From an uncultured Verrucomicrobiae bacterium (GTDB lineage: Bacteria > Verrucomicrobiota > Verrucomicrobiia > Chthoniobacterales > Chthoniobacteraceae): a stretch of 64,000 nucleotides of DNA. Positions 19,828-29,311 of the stretch are shown here, piece by piece (within the stretch, counting starts at the first letter, position 1; each line of letters opens with the position of its first letter). The DNA lies in contig CAWIKF010000002.1 of the NCBI GenBank assembly GCA_963836755.1, positions 2,048,001 to 2,112,000 of the forward strand, given 5' to 3'. The position numbers and the translations under genes are program-made. The notes beneath the pieces were generated by a model, which made no database searches, had not been told where the DNA came from, and saw only the letters and a list, made by a program, of their open reading frames with translations.

Positions 19828-21084
19828 TCAGAAGTTATAAAAGACGCTGAGCAACACCAGGTTTTGGTAGTAGCTCGAATCGGGCTGGTTGGAATCTTTG
19901 AGCACGAATCGATAATCCGCTCCAAAGGTGACGGATGGGGTGAGCACGTAACGGAGACCAATGGCGGCACCGTAGCGGTCGGCTTTTTCAGAATCGCCGC
20001 CAGAAGTTTTGTAATGCTCGTAAAATGCAACGGGATCAAGCGTGAGGCTCTGCGTCAATTTCCAGTCGGCGGCATATTCCAGATGCCACAGCTCATAAAA
20101 GTTGGTGTTAAAGCCGCTCTCTGTCGTCTTCGAGAAGCTAAGGCGCTGATTCACATTCTCGCTCAGGCGATTGTCGATTTCCGACTTGATGTAGTAGGTG
20201 TTCGCATCTTCGTCGTCAGGCACGCTGCCGCCGTTGTCGAAAGAAAAATTTTGGTAGCCGGCTTCGAGATAAACGCGAGTGCTTTCGGTAAGGCCGATAT
20301 CCACGAAGGGTCCGACGAGGTAGCTGGTGCCGTCGTTCAGAATGTCGTGCGTATGCTGCACCCAGTTGACAGAACCATTCAGGCCGATGGAAGCCGCCGG
20401 GGCGACTTTTATAGAAGGCCGCAGATAAAGCGTATCGACAGACTGCTCGAGGGAGTCGAAGTCGTGGTCGCGCGTCCACAAGTTATAATGGTTGTAGCCT
20501 CCGGTTAGTGTGGTCGTCGCATTGATGGCCCAATCGGCTTGCAGGCCAACTAGATTTTCGAACCGCCGATAGACCGCGACGCCACTCAGCACGGGGAGAT
20601 CGAAAGGATCTTCCTGATAGCTAAAGCGGTCACGCACGGTGATCGCCACGTCGCCCACGTGGACAGTCATCGCCACTTCGGAGTTCGGCGAAAGCAGCAC
20701 GCCACGGGTGTCGAATTCCGAATGGTCAAAGTATTTCGCGTAACTCAGGCCGAGCGAAAACCGCAAGGTGTTCAGTTCGCTCAAGGGCCACACCGTCTCG
20801 ATATTAAGCGAGGGTCGGAAAATGAAATCGCTCTGCCGGTGATGGTCAGACAGCTCAATGTTGTCGTTATACTCAAGTCCGGCGCCTGCTGCGACGTTGA
20901 AACGGACGGGACCCGCCATCAGGTTGTAGCGCTCTTCTTCCTGAGGATTGATCTGGACGACCGGGGCGGTTTGGCGCGGGCTTTCCAGTTCGCGAAAATA
21001 TTCGTCCTGTGCGTGGAGGAGCGTCGGGGAGACGATGCCGGCGGAGAGGATGGTGAAAGCGAGTCGACGGAGTGAAATTTTCAT
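19828..21084 (-). CDS. Outer-membrane beta-barrel protein (polysaccharide-export associated)
   Basis: Signal peptide, alternating aromatic beta-strands, YNDNI motif, C-terminal Phe (VFYNF). Start set at ATG 21084. Confidence 0.8.
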   Translation of the reverse strand: MKISLRRLAFTILSAGIVSPTLLHAQDEYFRELESPRQTAPVVQINPQEEERYNLMAGPVRFNVAAGAGLEYNDNIELSDHHRQSDFIFRPSLNIETVWPLSELNTLRFSLGLSYAKYFDHSEFDTRGVLLSPNSEVAMTVHVGDVAITVRDRFSYQEDPFDLPVLSGVAVYRRFENLVGLQADWAINATTTLTGGYNHYNLWTRDHDFDSLEQSVDTLYLRPSIKVAPAASIGLNGSVNWVQHTHDILNDGTSYLVGPFVDIGLTESTRVYLEAGYQNFSFDNGGSVPDDEDANTYYIKSEIDNRLSENVNQRLSFSKTTESGFNTNFYELWHLEYAADWKLTQSLTLDPVAFYEHYKTSGGDSEKADRYGAAIGLRYVLTPSVTFGADYRFVLKDSNQPDSSYYQNLVLLSVFYNF

Positions 21085-21160
21085 AATGAATTGCCTTGGT
21101 TTGATGGCGGGGATGGTGGGGATAAGTTTCGGTTTTGGCAAATGCAAAAAAATAAAAGGA

Positions 21161-24100
21161 TCAGTGTTTTGCGTTTTTGCCGGTTTCGTTCGCGACGATC
21201 ACGCGAAATCCGTAATTATCAGTGTAACTATCCGGGGCGGCATGCACCCGGCACGAGGAGAGCAGGCTCAGCTTGAGCGCGCCGTTATACCACGAACCGC
21301 CGCGCAGAACCTTCTGCCGGTGCTCGTCATTCCACCAGTCCATGCACCATTGCCAGACGTTGCCGCCCATGTCGAAGAGCCCGTATTTGTTCGCGCGGAA
21401 AGTTCCGACGGGCGACGTCCACGCGAAGCCATCATCGTAACCTTTGATCGCGACGTCGGAGCCGGTTTCCTCACCGGTGTAATTGCCAGCGCCTTCCGGC
21501 GGCGGCCATTGCGTGCCCCACGGATACTGATCGGGCACATCCATGTCGCGCGCCTCGGCAGTCCGGCCAGGTTCTTCAGGAAGTCCGACCGCTTTGCTCC
21601 ACTCCGAATCCGTCGGCAAACGATATGCCTGATTCGCAGCGAGCAAGCCTTCCTTGCGCTCTTTTTCCGTCAGCCATTTGCAAAAAGCCACCGAATCATT
21701 CCAGCTCACATTCACCACTGGATGATCGGGACCTTGCCGAAAGCCTGGCTGCATCCATGCAGTCGACTTTGACCCGGTCGCTTTCGCGAACGCGTTAAAA
21801 TCCTGCACACGGGTTTGCCAGACACAAAAAAGCACGCCGCCCACTGATGCAAATTTCATGCCCAGCGAGTTCATTAAAGTTTGATCGAGTTTTGCAGGCG
21901 GAACTCCAACCGTCAGGGAAGGATTTTTCTTGCCCGTCTGCGGCGACGCCATTGCCTGCGGAGGAAGGGGAACGCTCGGCGCCGGCGATGCACCAGTCGT
22001 CACTGGCAACGCCGCAGCGGATTTCGCTGCCGCTGCCGCTGCCGCTGCGGCGCGATCACGCGCCTTTTGCGCTTCATCAAATTGCTTCTGCGCATCCTGC
22101 AGCGCCTTTTGCGCATCGGCCGCGGCCTTTGCCGCAACCGCTGCCTGTTCCGCAATCCGGTGCAGTTCAGCTTCCCGCGCGGCGCGGACTTTGCCAGCTT
22201 CCTCCGCAGCCCTGCTCGCTTGCTCCGTCTCACGAATTTGCTCCACCTGCGCCAGCGCAGCCGCAGCAGCAGTTTCCGCTTGTTTAACATCAGCCTCCGC
22301 TTGTTTTTGCGCTGCAGCAGGACTCACCGTCCCTTTCTGGAAACCCGCGGCCGCTTGTTTGCGATCGGTGGCCAACTTTTGATATTTCTGCGCATCCGCT
22401 TCCGCTTGTTGCAAGAGAGATAGTTGTTGTTTAACGGATTGTTGGCCGTCCGCCACAGCCTGGCGCGCCGCTGCCGCAGCTTTCGCTTTATCGGCGGCAA
22501 ATTTTTGCGCGGCCTCGGCATCGGCATCGGCTTTTTTCTGCGCGTCTTCGCGCTGCTTCTGAGCGGCGGCAAGATCATCGGCCGCTTTTTTCGCGGCAGC
22601 AGCAGCGGCAACTTTTTGCTGCTCCTTCGCCTCCGCTTCCTTTAATCCAGCTTCCGCCGCTTGTTCGGCTTTCGAATTATTGGCCTGCGCCTGCGCGAGC
22701 GCGGCAAGCTTTTGACGCGCCGCATCGGCGACTTTCATTTTTTCATTCGCTGCTTGGATCGCCTGCGCGAGTTTCGAGCCCGGCTCGACTCCAGCTGTGC
22801 TTAATGGGCTGCTGGCGGCGACCGCAGCCGCACCAGTGGCGTTTCCTGGCAAGGCCAAAGACAATGTGCCTGTTTTTTGGGCGTTCACTGCGGACGCACT
22901 CGGGGCCGCCGACGGCGAAGTCGCAACAGGACGCGGTGTCGCCTCATTTTTCGCAATGACGATCGGCGCGGCAGCAGACGGTTTGGTGGGAAGTTCGACT
23001 TTTTCCGCGATCTCAGCCGGGTTGTGCGACGGCGGCGCCACTTGGTTTTTCGACGATGCATTTTGCACGGGTTCGAGCTTCGTGACGGCCGGGCTAAAGT
23101 CGGTTTCTTTCTTTTCTGATCCGCCAAAGATTAGATACGCAGCGATTCCAATGATGAGCACGACAGCGGCGATCGCCAGCGCAGAGCCGGGCAGTTTTGT
23201 TTTTCTTTCCGGCCTTTGCTCCTCCACGCCAACAAATGCGCGCAACGGAAATCCGCTCGGCGTGGTCGGGCCGGCCTTTCGCTCAGCGGCGGGCTCGTTT
23301 CCGAGAGATTCCTCGCCGCCCGGTTCGTGAGATTTGGATTCGCCATCCCCTTTTTTCCCAAGCGACGTTTGTGAAACAACTGTCGCCTCTGTGATAACTG
23401 GCGTTTTCGTCGGACCCCACTGCTTTTTCTCCGTCAAGACTGCGGCGGCAGCGTCATCCGTCGTCTCCTTCACAGGTTCAGCTTCCGCTGCGGCTGTCGG
23501 CGTTTGCTCTTGTGCAACGGAAGGTTCACCCGCGGGAATATCTTTGTCGGCTTTGATTGCCGCGGAGACTTCCACCGCATGACTCGGACGCTGCGCGGTG
23601 TGTTTATCGAGGCAAAGTGCGACCGTTTTTTCCCAATTGTTCGGAATCGCCTCGCCATCGAAGCCGAGCTCCTGCCGGCGCGCCGTCATGGTCGGCGGCA
23701 CGGCCTTGCGGATTTGTGAGATGAGATCCCCTTTGAAAAACGGCGGTGCGCTCGTGAGCAGGTCGTAAATCACCGCGCCGAGCGAATAGATGTCGTCCCA
23801 TTTGCTCGGGCGTTCGCCGTCGAGCTGCTGCGGGCTCATGTAGGCGAGATTGCCGTCGCCATGGACTTTTTGCCCGCTGCGGCTCAGCGAATCGAGGATC
23901 GCGCGGCTGATTCCAAAATTCATCACCGCGAGGCCGGTCGAGGTCACCAGAAGATTTTCCGGCGCGAGATCGCGATGCAAAAAATCAACCTTGTGTGTAT
24001 CTTCGAGCGTTTGGCAAAGCTGTGCGACCCACGCGGAGATTTCCGAGACATTGAAGAGGCCGATCTCCTTTTTTTTCTTCAGCGCCGCGACTGTCTCGCC

Positions 24101-24418
24101 CTCGAGATAATCCATCGTGATCGCCGCCCAATTATCCTCCTCGATCAAATCATGCACCCGGAGGATGTGCGGGTGAACAATCTGCCGGTTGCGCTTGGTT
24201 TCCTGCTTGATCTCATTCATCGCCCGCTCGTCGGAGACGACCGTATCCGGCAGGAAGTGCAGTGTTAAACGCTTATTTAACTCCTCATCCTGAACCAGCC
24301 AGACGACGCCGGGTCCGTCAAAGGGCAAAATTTCCTGCAGCGTATAACAGCCGGCGACTTTATCTCCTGGCTTAAAGTTTTGTGCGAGGGAACTGGCGGT
24401 GGATGTTTCGGTGGTCAC
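21161..24418 (-). CDS. Membrane-anchored Ser/Thr pseudokinase - Ala/Gln/Lys coiled-coil - FGE-sulfatase (SUMF1/CLec-fold) protein
   Basis: N-terminal Hanks kinase fold (HRD, YMSPQQ, DIYSLG), one TM, and a C-terminal HPVVNVSW, RLPTDSEW, GLFDMGGNVWQW, RGGSW, GFR domain. Confidence 0.85.
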   Translation of the reverse strand: MTTETSTASSLAQNFKPGDKVAGCYTLQEILPFDGPGVVWLVQDEELNKRLTLHFLPDTVVSDERAMNEIKQETKRNRQIVHPHILRVHDLIEEDNWAAITMDYLEGETVAALKKKKEIGLFNVSEISAWVAQLCQTLEDTHKVDFLHRDLAPENLLVTSTGLAVMNFGISRAILDSLSRSGQKVHGDGNLAYMSPQQLDGERPSKWDDIYSLGAVIYDLLTSAPPFFKGDLISQIRKAVPPTMTARRQELGFDGEAIPNNWEKTVALCLDKHTAQRPSHAVEVSAAIKADKDIPAGEPSVAQEQTPTAAAEAEPVKETTDDAAAAVLTEKKQWGPTKTPVITEATVVSQTSLGKKGDGESKSHEPGGEESLGNEPAAERKAGPTTPSGFPLRAFVGVEEQRPERKTKLPGSALAIAAVVLIIGIAAYLIFGGSEKKETDFSPAVTKLEPVQNASSKNQVAPPSHNPAEIAEKVELPTKPSAAAPIVIAKNEATPRPVATSPSAAPSASAVNAQKTGTLSLALPGNATGAAAVAASSPLSTAGVEPGSKLAQAIQAANEKMKVADAARQKLAALAQAQANNSKAEQAAEAGLKEAEAKEQQKVAAAAAAKKAADDLAAAQKQREDAQKKADADAEAAQKFAADKAKAAAAARQAVADGQQSVKQQLSLLQQAEADAQKYQKLATDRKQAAAGFQKGTVSPAAAQKQAEADVKQAETAAAAALAQVEQIRETEQASRAAEEAGKVRAAREAELHRIAEQAAVAAKAAADAQKALQDAQKQFDEAQKARDRAAAAAAAAAKSAAALPVTTGASPAPSVPLPPQAMASPQTGKKNPSLTVGVPPAKLDQTLMNSLGMKFASVGGVLFCVWQTRVQDFNAFAKATGSKSTAWMQPGFRQGPDHPVVNVSWNDSVAFCKWLTEKERKEGLLAANQAYRLPTDSEWSKAVGLPEEPGRTAEARDMDVPDQYPWGTQWPPPEGAGNYTGEETGSDVAIKGYDDGFAWTSPVGTFRANKYGLFDMGGNVWQWCMDWWNDEHRQKVLRGGSWYNGALKLSLLSSCRVHAAPDSYTDNYGFRVIVANETGKNAKH

Positions 24419-24597
24419 AAGCGTCTCCGTGGTAATACGTTTTTTTGATTAGATTCCTCGCCACGCAAAGCCGGTTTGCAGCATCTGTCGGGCGAAGCCG
24501 GACATCCATAATTGCGCGGCGCTTTTTTGCCAAACCTAATTTTTCAGCGGGCGCGCGCTCCTGCTGTTAAAAAAGTGTGAATTCCAGAAAATATTTC

Positions 24598-24625
24598 TTG
24601 CGGCCACTGGAACGACTGCTATTAT
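24598..24625 (+). promoter_or_regulatory. Putative sigma70 promoter (TTGCGG ... TGcTATTAT extended -10)
   Basis: Motif in the divergent intergenic region upstream of the 24704 gene. Confidence 0.4.
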
Positions 24626-24703
24626 AAATTCTCAAATCGCCATAACCACTGCAATTTGTCGTGGTTGAGACGATTTTTATTCACAAAAACCATTTCATCC
24701 ATT

Positions 24704-25999
24704 ATGAAGCGAATCATGAAGATCAACTCGGCCTTTCTCGTGGCGGCATTGGCCACGTCCATGGCTCACGCCGCCCCGAATGACGGAAGCACCGCCTCAC
24801 AGCAGCTTCAAGTTTATCCGAAGAATCTTGCCCGCCAGAACGTCGGTGCGAATCTTCTGGAATATAATCCCACCAGCAAATCCTTCGCAGCGACCAAGGC
24901 CGCTGCCGCGTGGCTCGATGATGATGTCGCCACCGGCTGGCCCGCGCCAACCGGACAGCATTATTATATGATCGCGCTGCCCGAGCCGCAGTTGCTGACA
25001 AATTTTGCCATCTCCACCCGCGCCGCTTCTGGAACCGTCTCCATCTATGCGGGCGACGAAGCTGCTGCGCCATCAGCGAAATCGTGGAATTTGCTCGCGA
25101 AAGACGTGAGCGTCGATTCCATCAATCAAAAATTGCTCGCGAATCCCTTCAGCCGCTTTGCGAAATATTTCCTGATCGAGACGAACCTATCGACCGGCGG
25201 ACCTTGGTATAGCATTTACCTCTACGGCGAAAAACCGGCCGTGGCTTATCACCTCCAGCAGCGGGCGCAACCGGTTAATCCGACAAACCTCATCGGGCCT
25301 TACAGCAATTCGGCGACAGCTTTCAATATGTCGAGCCTCTACGCCCACAGCCACGTCGCCTTTGCGAATACCACCGACACTCCGACAGGCTGGCAGAAAG
25401 CGATCGACGATAATCCGGAGACTGCGACAAGCATCGCCCCTTCGAAAGATCAAGCGGGTCTCGTGATCCGCTACGACAGCACTCAGTCGATTCAGCGCAT
25501 CTCCGTGCTTACCGATGGAAAGGCGAAAGGAAAACTTGAATTTTTCCTCAGCAATCAAGCCGCCACGGTGAAAAATCTCCCGTCGGACATGGAGAGCAAC
25601 GATTCGCGATTCATCAAAGCGAGCAACGAAGCCGGCCTGAGCCCGGCTGAAATGAAGCCAGTTGCAACGATCAAACTCGATGGCGCCGATTCTCGCGGCA
25701 GCGCTGATTTTGCGCCTGTCAGCGGTTCACAGCTCATCGCCCGCTGGACGCCGGATGAAGACGGCCAGTTGGTCGCGGTGCGCGAAGTCAATTCCTTTGG
25801 CAGCGGCCCGGCGATGTCCGAACAGGAATTGGTTGCGACTGATGATACCGCCGAAGATCTCCGCACTGATCCGTCCAAGGATGCGAAAGACTTTAAGAAT
25901 TTGCTTCCAGTCGGTGAAGCCGCTGATCCGAAAACGGCCTTCATTCCTGGCGTCGTTCATCCGCCGCCAAATATCCCTCTTGGCTTCAGCCAAAAATAG
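24704..25999 (+). CDS. Secreted hypothetical protein with two probable discoidin/F5-8 type C-like domains
   Basis: Signal peptide ending AHA, repeated AWLDDDVATGW / KAIDDNPETAT motifs, Pro-rich tail. Confidence 0.6.
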   Translation: MKRIMKINSAFLVAALATSMAHAAPNDGSTASQQLQVYPKNLARQNVGANLLEYNPTSKSFAATKAAAAWLDDDVATGWPAPTGQHYYMIALPEPQLLTNFAISTRAASGTVSIYAGDEAAAPSAKSWNLLAKDVSVDSINQKLLANPFSRFAKYFLIETNLSTGGPWYSIYLYGEKPAVAYHLQQRAQPVNPTNLIGPYSNSATAFNMSSLYAHSHVAFANTTDTPTGWQKAIDDNPETATSIAPSKDQAGLVIRYDSTQSIQRISVLTDGKAKGKLEFFLSNQAATVKNLPSDMESNDSRFIKASNEAGLSPAEMKPVATIKLDGADSRGSADFAPVSGSQLIARWTPDEDGQLVAVREVNSFGSGPAMSEQELVATDDTAEDLRTDPSKDAKDFKNLLPVGEAADPKTAFIPGVVHPPPNIPLGFSQK

Positions 26000-26012
26000 A
26001 CTTCAGTGAATC

Positions 26013-26046
26013 AAAAAAGCGCGAGGCAAACACCTCGCGCTTTTTT
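26013..26046. terminator. Rho-independent terminator (bidirectional shape)
   Basis: AAAAAAGCGCGAGG-caaaca-CCTCGCGCTTTTTT. Confidence 0.85.
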
Positions 26047-26108
26047 GCGTCCTCATCCATTCTCGCCGCCCGATTGCGACGAGCAATCGCGTCAAAGTTT
26101 CTTCGCCA

Positions 26109-27227
<1,119 letters not shown>

Positions 27228-27362
27228 ACGTTTGTGCGAACACAAAGCGCCTGCTTCGTGAGTGTTTAGCACTTGTTGGACCGGCGTTAAAAAGAAGGCC
27301 AAAGAAAGTTGCATCCTTTTCTTGCGATGTGCACGATATTGGTTTAAACAATCAACCACATC

Positions 27363-27548
27363 ATGAGTAAATACACCGCATTTCGTTGTCCCGAGGAATT
27401 ACTGGAAAAAGCCAAGGCCCGCGCACAGAAGGATCGCCGCTCTCTCAGCAACTACCTCATCACTTTAATCGAGCGTGACGTCGCTGGCGATCCATCCTTG
27501 GAGAGCAAAAAGAGCCCTGCAAAAAAGCCGGCTTCGAAAGGCCGCTAA
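27363..27548 (+). CDS. Small ribbon-helix-helix (CopG/Arc-like) DNA-binding protein
   Basis: YTAFRCPEELLEKAKARAQKDRRSLSNYLITLI fits the RHH pattern; basic tail. Confidence 0.7.
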   Translation: MSKYTAFRCPEELLEKAKARAQKDRRSLSNYLITLIERDVAGDPSLESKKSPAKKPASKGR

Positions 27549-27564
27549 CATCTCGTTCTAACTG

Positions 27565-27595
27565 CAAAGCCGCCGTTCAGAAAACGGCGGCTTTG
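27565..27595 (+). terminator. Hairpin terminator after the RHH gene
   Basis: CAAAGCCGCCGTT-cagaa-AACGGCGGCTTTG. Confidence 0.75.
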
Positions 27596-27627
27596 TCGTG
27601 TCGTGATCGGACGGTTAAGGCGCAACG

Positions 27628-27643
27628 TGGCATGGATGCTGCT
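27628..27643 (+). promoter_or_regulatory. Putative sigma54 promoter of the pilin gene
   Basis: TGGCATGGATGCTGCT, GG-N10-GC. Sigma54 control of type IV pilin genes is well established in several proteobacteria. Confidence 0.6.
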
Positions 27644-27703
27644 TAATAGTGGTCTGCAACTGTAGAAATAAACGCAATCATTAAACTTAGAAAAGCAACA
27701 TCC

Positions 27704-28102
27704 ATGTTACAAAAATTAAACAACCGTCGCGGGGGCTTTACCCTCGTGGAAATCATGATCGTGGTCGCGATTATCGCCCTCTTGGCGGCAATCGCCGTGC
27801 CAAACTTCCTGCGTGCGCGCAAGCGCTCACAGGCCACACGCGTGCTCGAAGATCTCCGAATGCTCGATTCGGCCGTCGATCAATACGCGATTGAAACCAA
27901 CAAGCTAAGCGGGACCAACCCGACGTTCACGGATCTCAAGAACTACATCAAGGCCGGCACGGCGCTCTACACCACGGGCGTCGACATGTTCGGCAACAGC
28001 TTCGGCACTTTCACGGTGGACAGCCTGCCGAAAGTGCCTACCAGCACCTTCAACAACTTGTCCGACGTGGCGCCCGCCGCGTTCTGGTCGCCTTACAACT
28101 AA
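27704..28102 (+). CDS. Type IV pilin-like protein (prepilin N-terminal cleavage/methylation)
   Basis: RRGG^FTLVEIMIVVAIIALLAAIAVPNF class III signal. Confidence 0.92.
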   Translation: MLQKLNNRRGGFTLVEIMIVVAIIALLAAIAVPNFLRARKRSQATRVLEDLRMLDSAVDQYAIETNKLSGTNPTFTDLKNYIKAGTALYTTGVDMFGNSFGTFTVDSLPKVPTSTFNNLSDVAPAAFWSPYN

Positions 28103-28121
28103 ACTTAGAACTGAAGCAGCA

Positions 28122-28155
28122 AAAAAAGCGCAGCCCGCAACGGCTGCGCTTTTTT
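28122..28155. terminator. Rho-independent terminator after the pilin
   Basis: AAAAAAGCGCAGCC-cgcaac-GGCTGCGCTTTTTT. Confidence 0.85.
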
Positions 28156-28243
28156 ATTTTTGCTGCCGAGCGAGCAACTTTGATGCGCGAAATGCGGGCG
28201 CTCCGATTGACTTGCCGCTCGTCCCGCTGCTACTTTCAGCCTT

Positions 28244-29269
28244 GTGAAATCTTTCACAAAGCTCGAGTCCGAAGCAGTTCACGCCCCTCCCCCGATCAAG
28301 GCGGCCCTGGAACTCATCAACACCCAACTTTACAGCGTCGAAGAGCGCATCCGGCAGCAGGCTCGCGCATTTGATCCGGCCGTCGAAGGTTATGTCGCCT
28401 ACGCGTGCGAAAGCAGTGGAAAACGGCTGCGGCCCGCTCTGGCGCTGCTTTCCGGCGGAGCGACGGGCAACATTAACTCCAGTCATCTCGACCTCGCCGT
28501 CGTGCTCGAGCTGATCCACGCCGCTACGCTCGTCCATGACGACATCATGGACGGCGCGGATAAACGCCGTTCGCAGCCGACTGCCAATGCAAAGTGGGGC
28601 AACGCGATTTCCGTCCTTTTGGGCGACTGCCTTTTCGCGCACGCGCTGAAACTTTCCACCAACTTTCCGAACGGCGAAATCTCGCGTCGGATCGCAAGTG
28701 CCGCCGCGGATGTTTGCTCGGGAGAAATTCTCCAGACGCAGCGCCGCTTCGATCTCAAGCTCAGCATCGCCGACTACTATCGGATGATCGAAATGAAAAC
28801 CGCGGCGCTTTTCGCGGCGGCCACGGAGCTAGGCGCTTTTCTCAATGAGGCCACACCGGATGCGATTTCGGCGATGAGAATTTTCGGTCTCAAACTCGGG
28901 ACCGCTTATCAAATTTACGACGACTGCCTCGATATCGCAGGGACGGAATTGAGCGCCGGCAAAACACTCGGCTCCGATCTGCGCAAGGGCAAACTCACGC
29001 TTCCTATTTTGCATTTGCTCCAGAATGCGAGCACCGCGCAGCAGCACTTTTTCAGCGAGCAAATTCTCCGCGGCGAAGTCGAGGATGCCGAAGCTTTGAC
29101 CAAAGCCGCGCGCGACAGCGGTGCATTGGCCTCGGCGATTCGCGCAAGCAGAAAGTTACTGGCTGACGCGCGCGCGCAGCTGAAAGTTTTGCCCGCAAAC
29201 AAATATCGCGACGGGCTCAACGACGTCTGCGAATCGGTTGAGATCATGCTCACGCCGCTCGCAACGTAG
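28244..29269 (+). CDS. Long-chain polyprenyl diphosphate synthase (IspB/HepT-like)
   Basis: GKRLRP, LVHDDIMD..RR, GDCL, KTA, YQIYDD and GKLTLP motifs. Confidence 0.92.
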   Translation: MKSFTKLESEAVHAPPPIKAALELINTQLYSVEERIRQQARAFDPAVEGYVAYACESSGKRLRPALALLSGGATGNINSSHLDLAVVLELIHAATLVHDDIMDGADKRRSQPTANAKWGNAISVLLGDCLFAHALKLSTNFPNGEISRRIASAAADVCSGEILQTQRRFDLKLSIADYYRMIEMKTAALFAAATELGAFLNEATPDAISAMRIFGLKLGTAYQIYDDCLDIAGTELSAGKTLGSDLRKGKLTLPILHLLQNASTAQQHFFSEQILRGEVEDAEALTKAARDSGALASAIRASRKLLADARAQLKVLPANKYRDGLNDVCESVEIMLTPLAT

Positions 29270-29311
29270 TTTAAACTTTCGCGCGGCGCGCGCATCGCTT
29301 AAGCAAGGCGC

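Noticed and set aside
21161..21330. FGE/CLec C-terminus as the variable region of a diversity-generating retroelement
   Set aside because: No template repeat and no reverse transcriptase were seen in the window. A remote DGR cannot be excluded.
22020..22790. GCC/GCT-rich repetitive DNA as a repeat array or CRISPR
   Set aside because: It is explained by the Ala-rich coiled-coil coding sequence; there is no repeat-spacer periodicity.
24575..24592. TGTGA as a CRP/cAMP site linked to the adenylate cyclase
   Set aside because: Only one half-site is present; the second half (GAAAA) does not match TCACA.
27704..28102. Pilin as a conductive e-pilin (13 aromatics in 121 mature residues)
   Set aside because: It lacks the Tyr27-equivalent, the aromatic-density criterion is contested, and no cytochromes are nearby.
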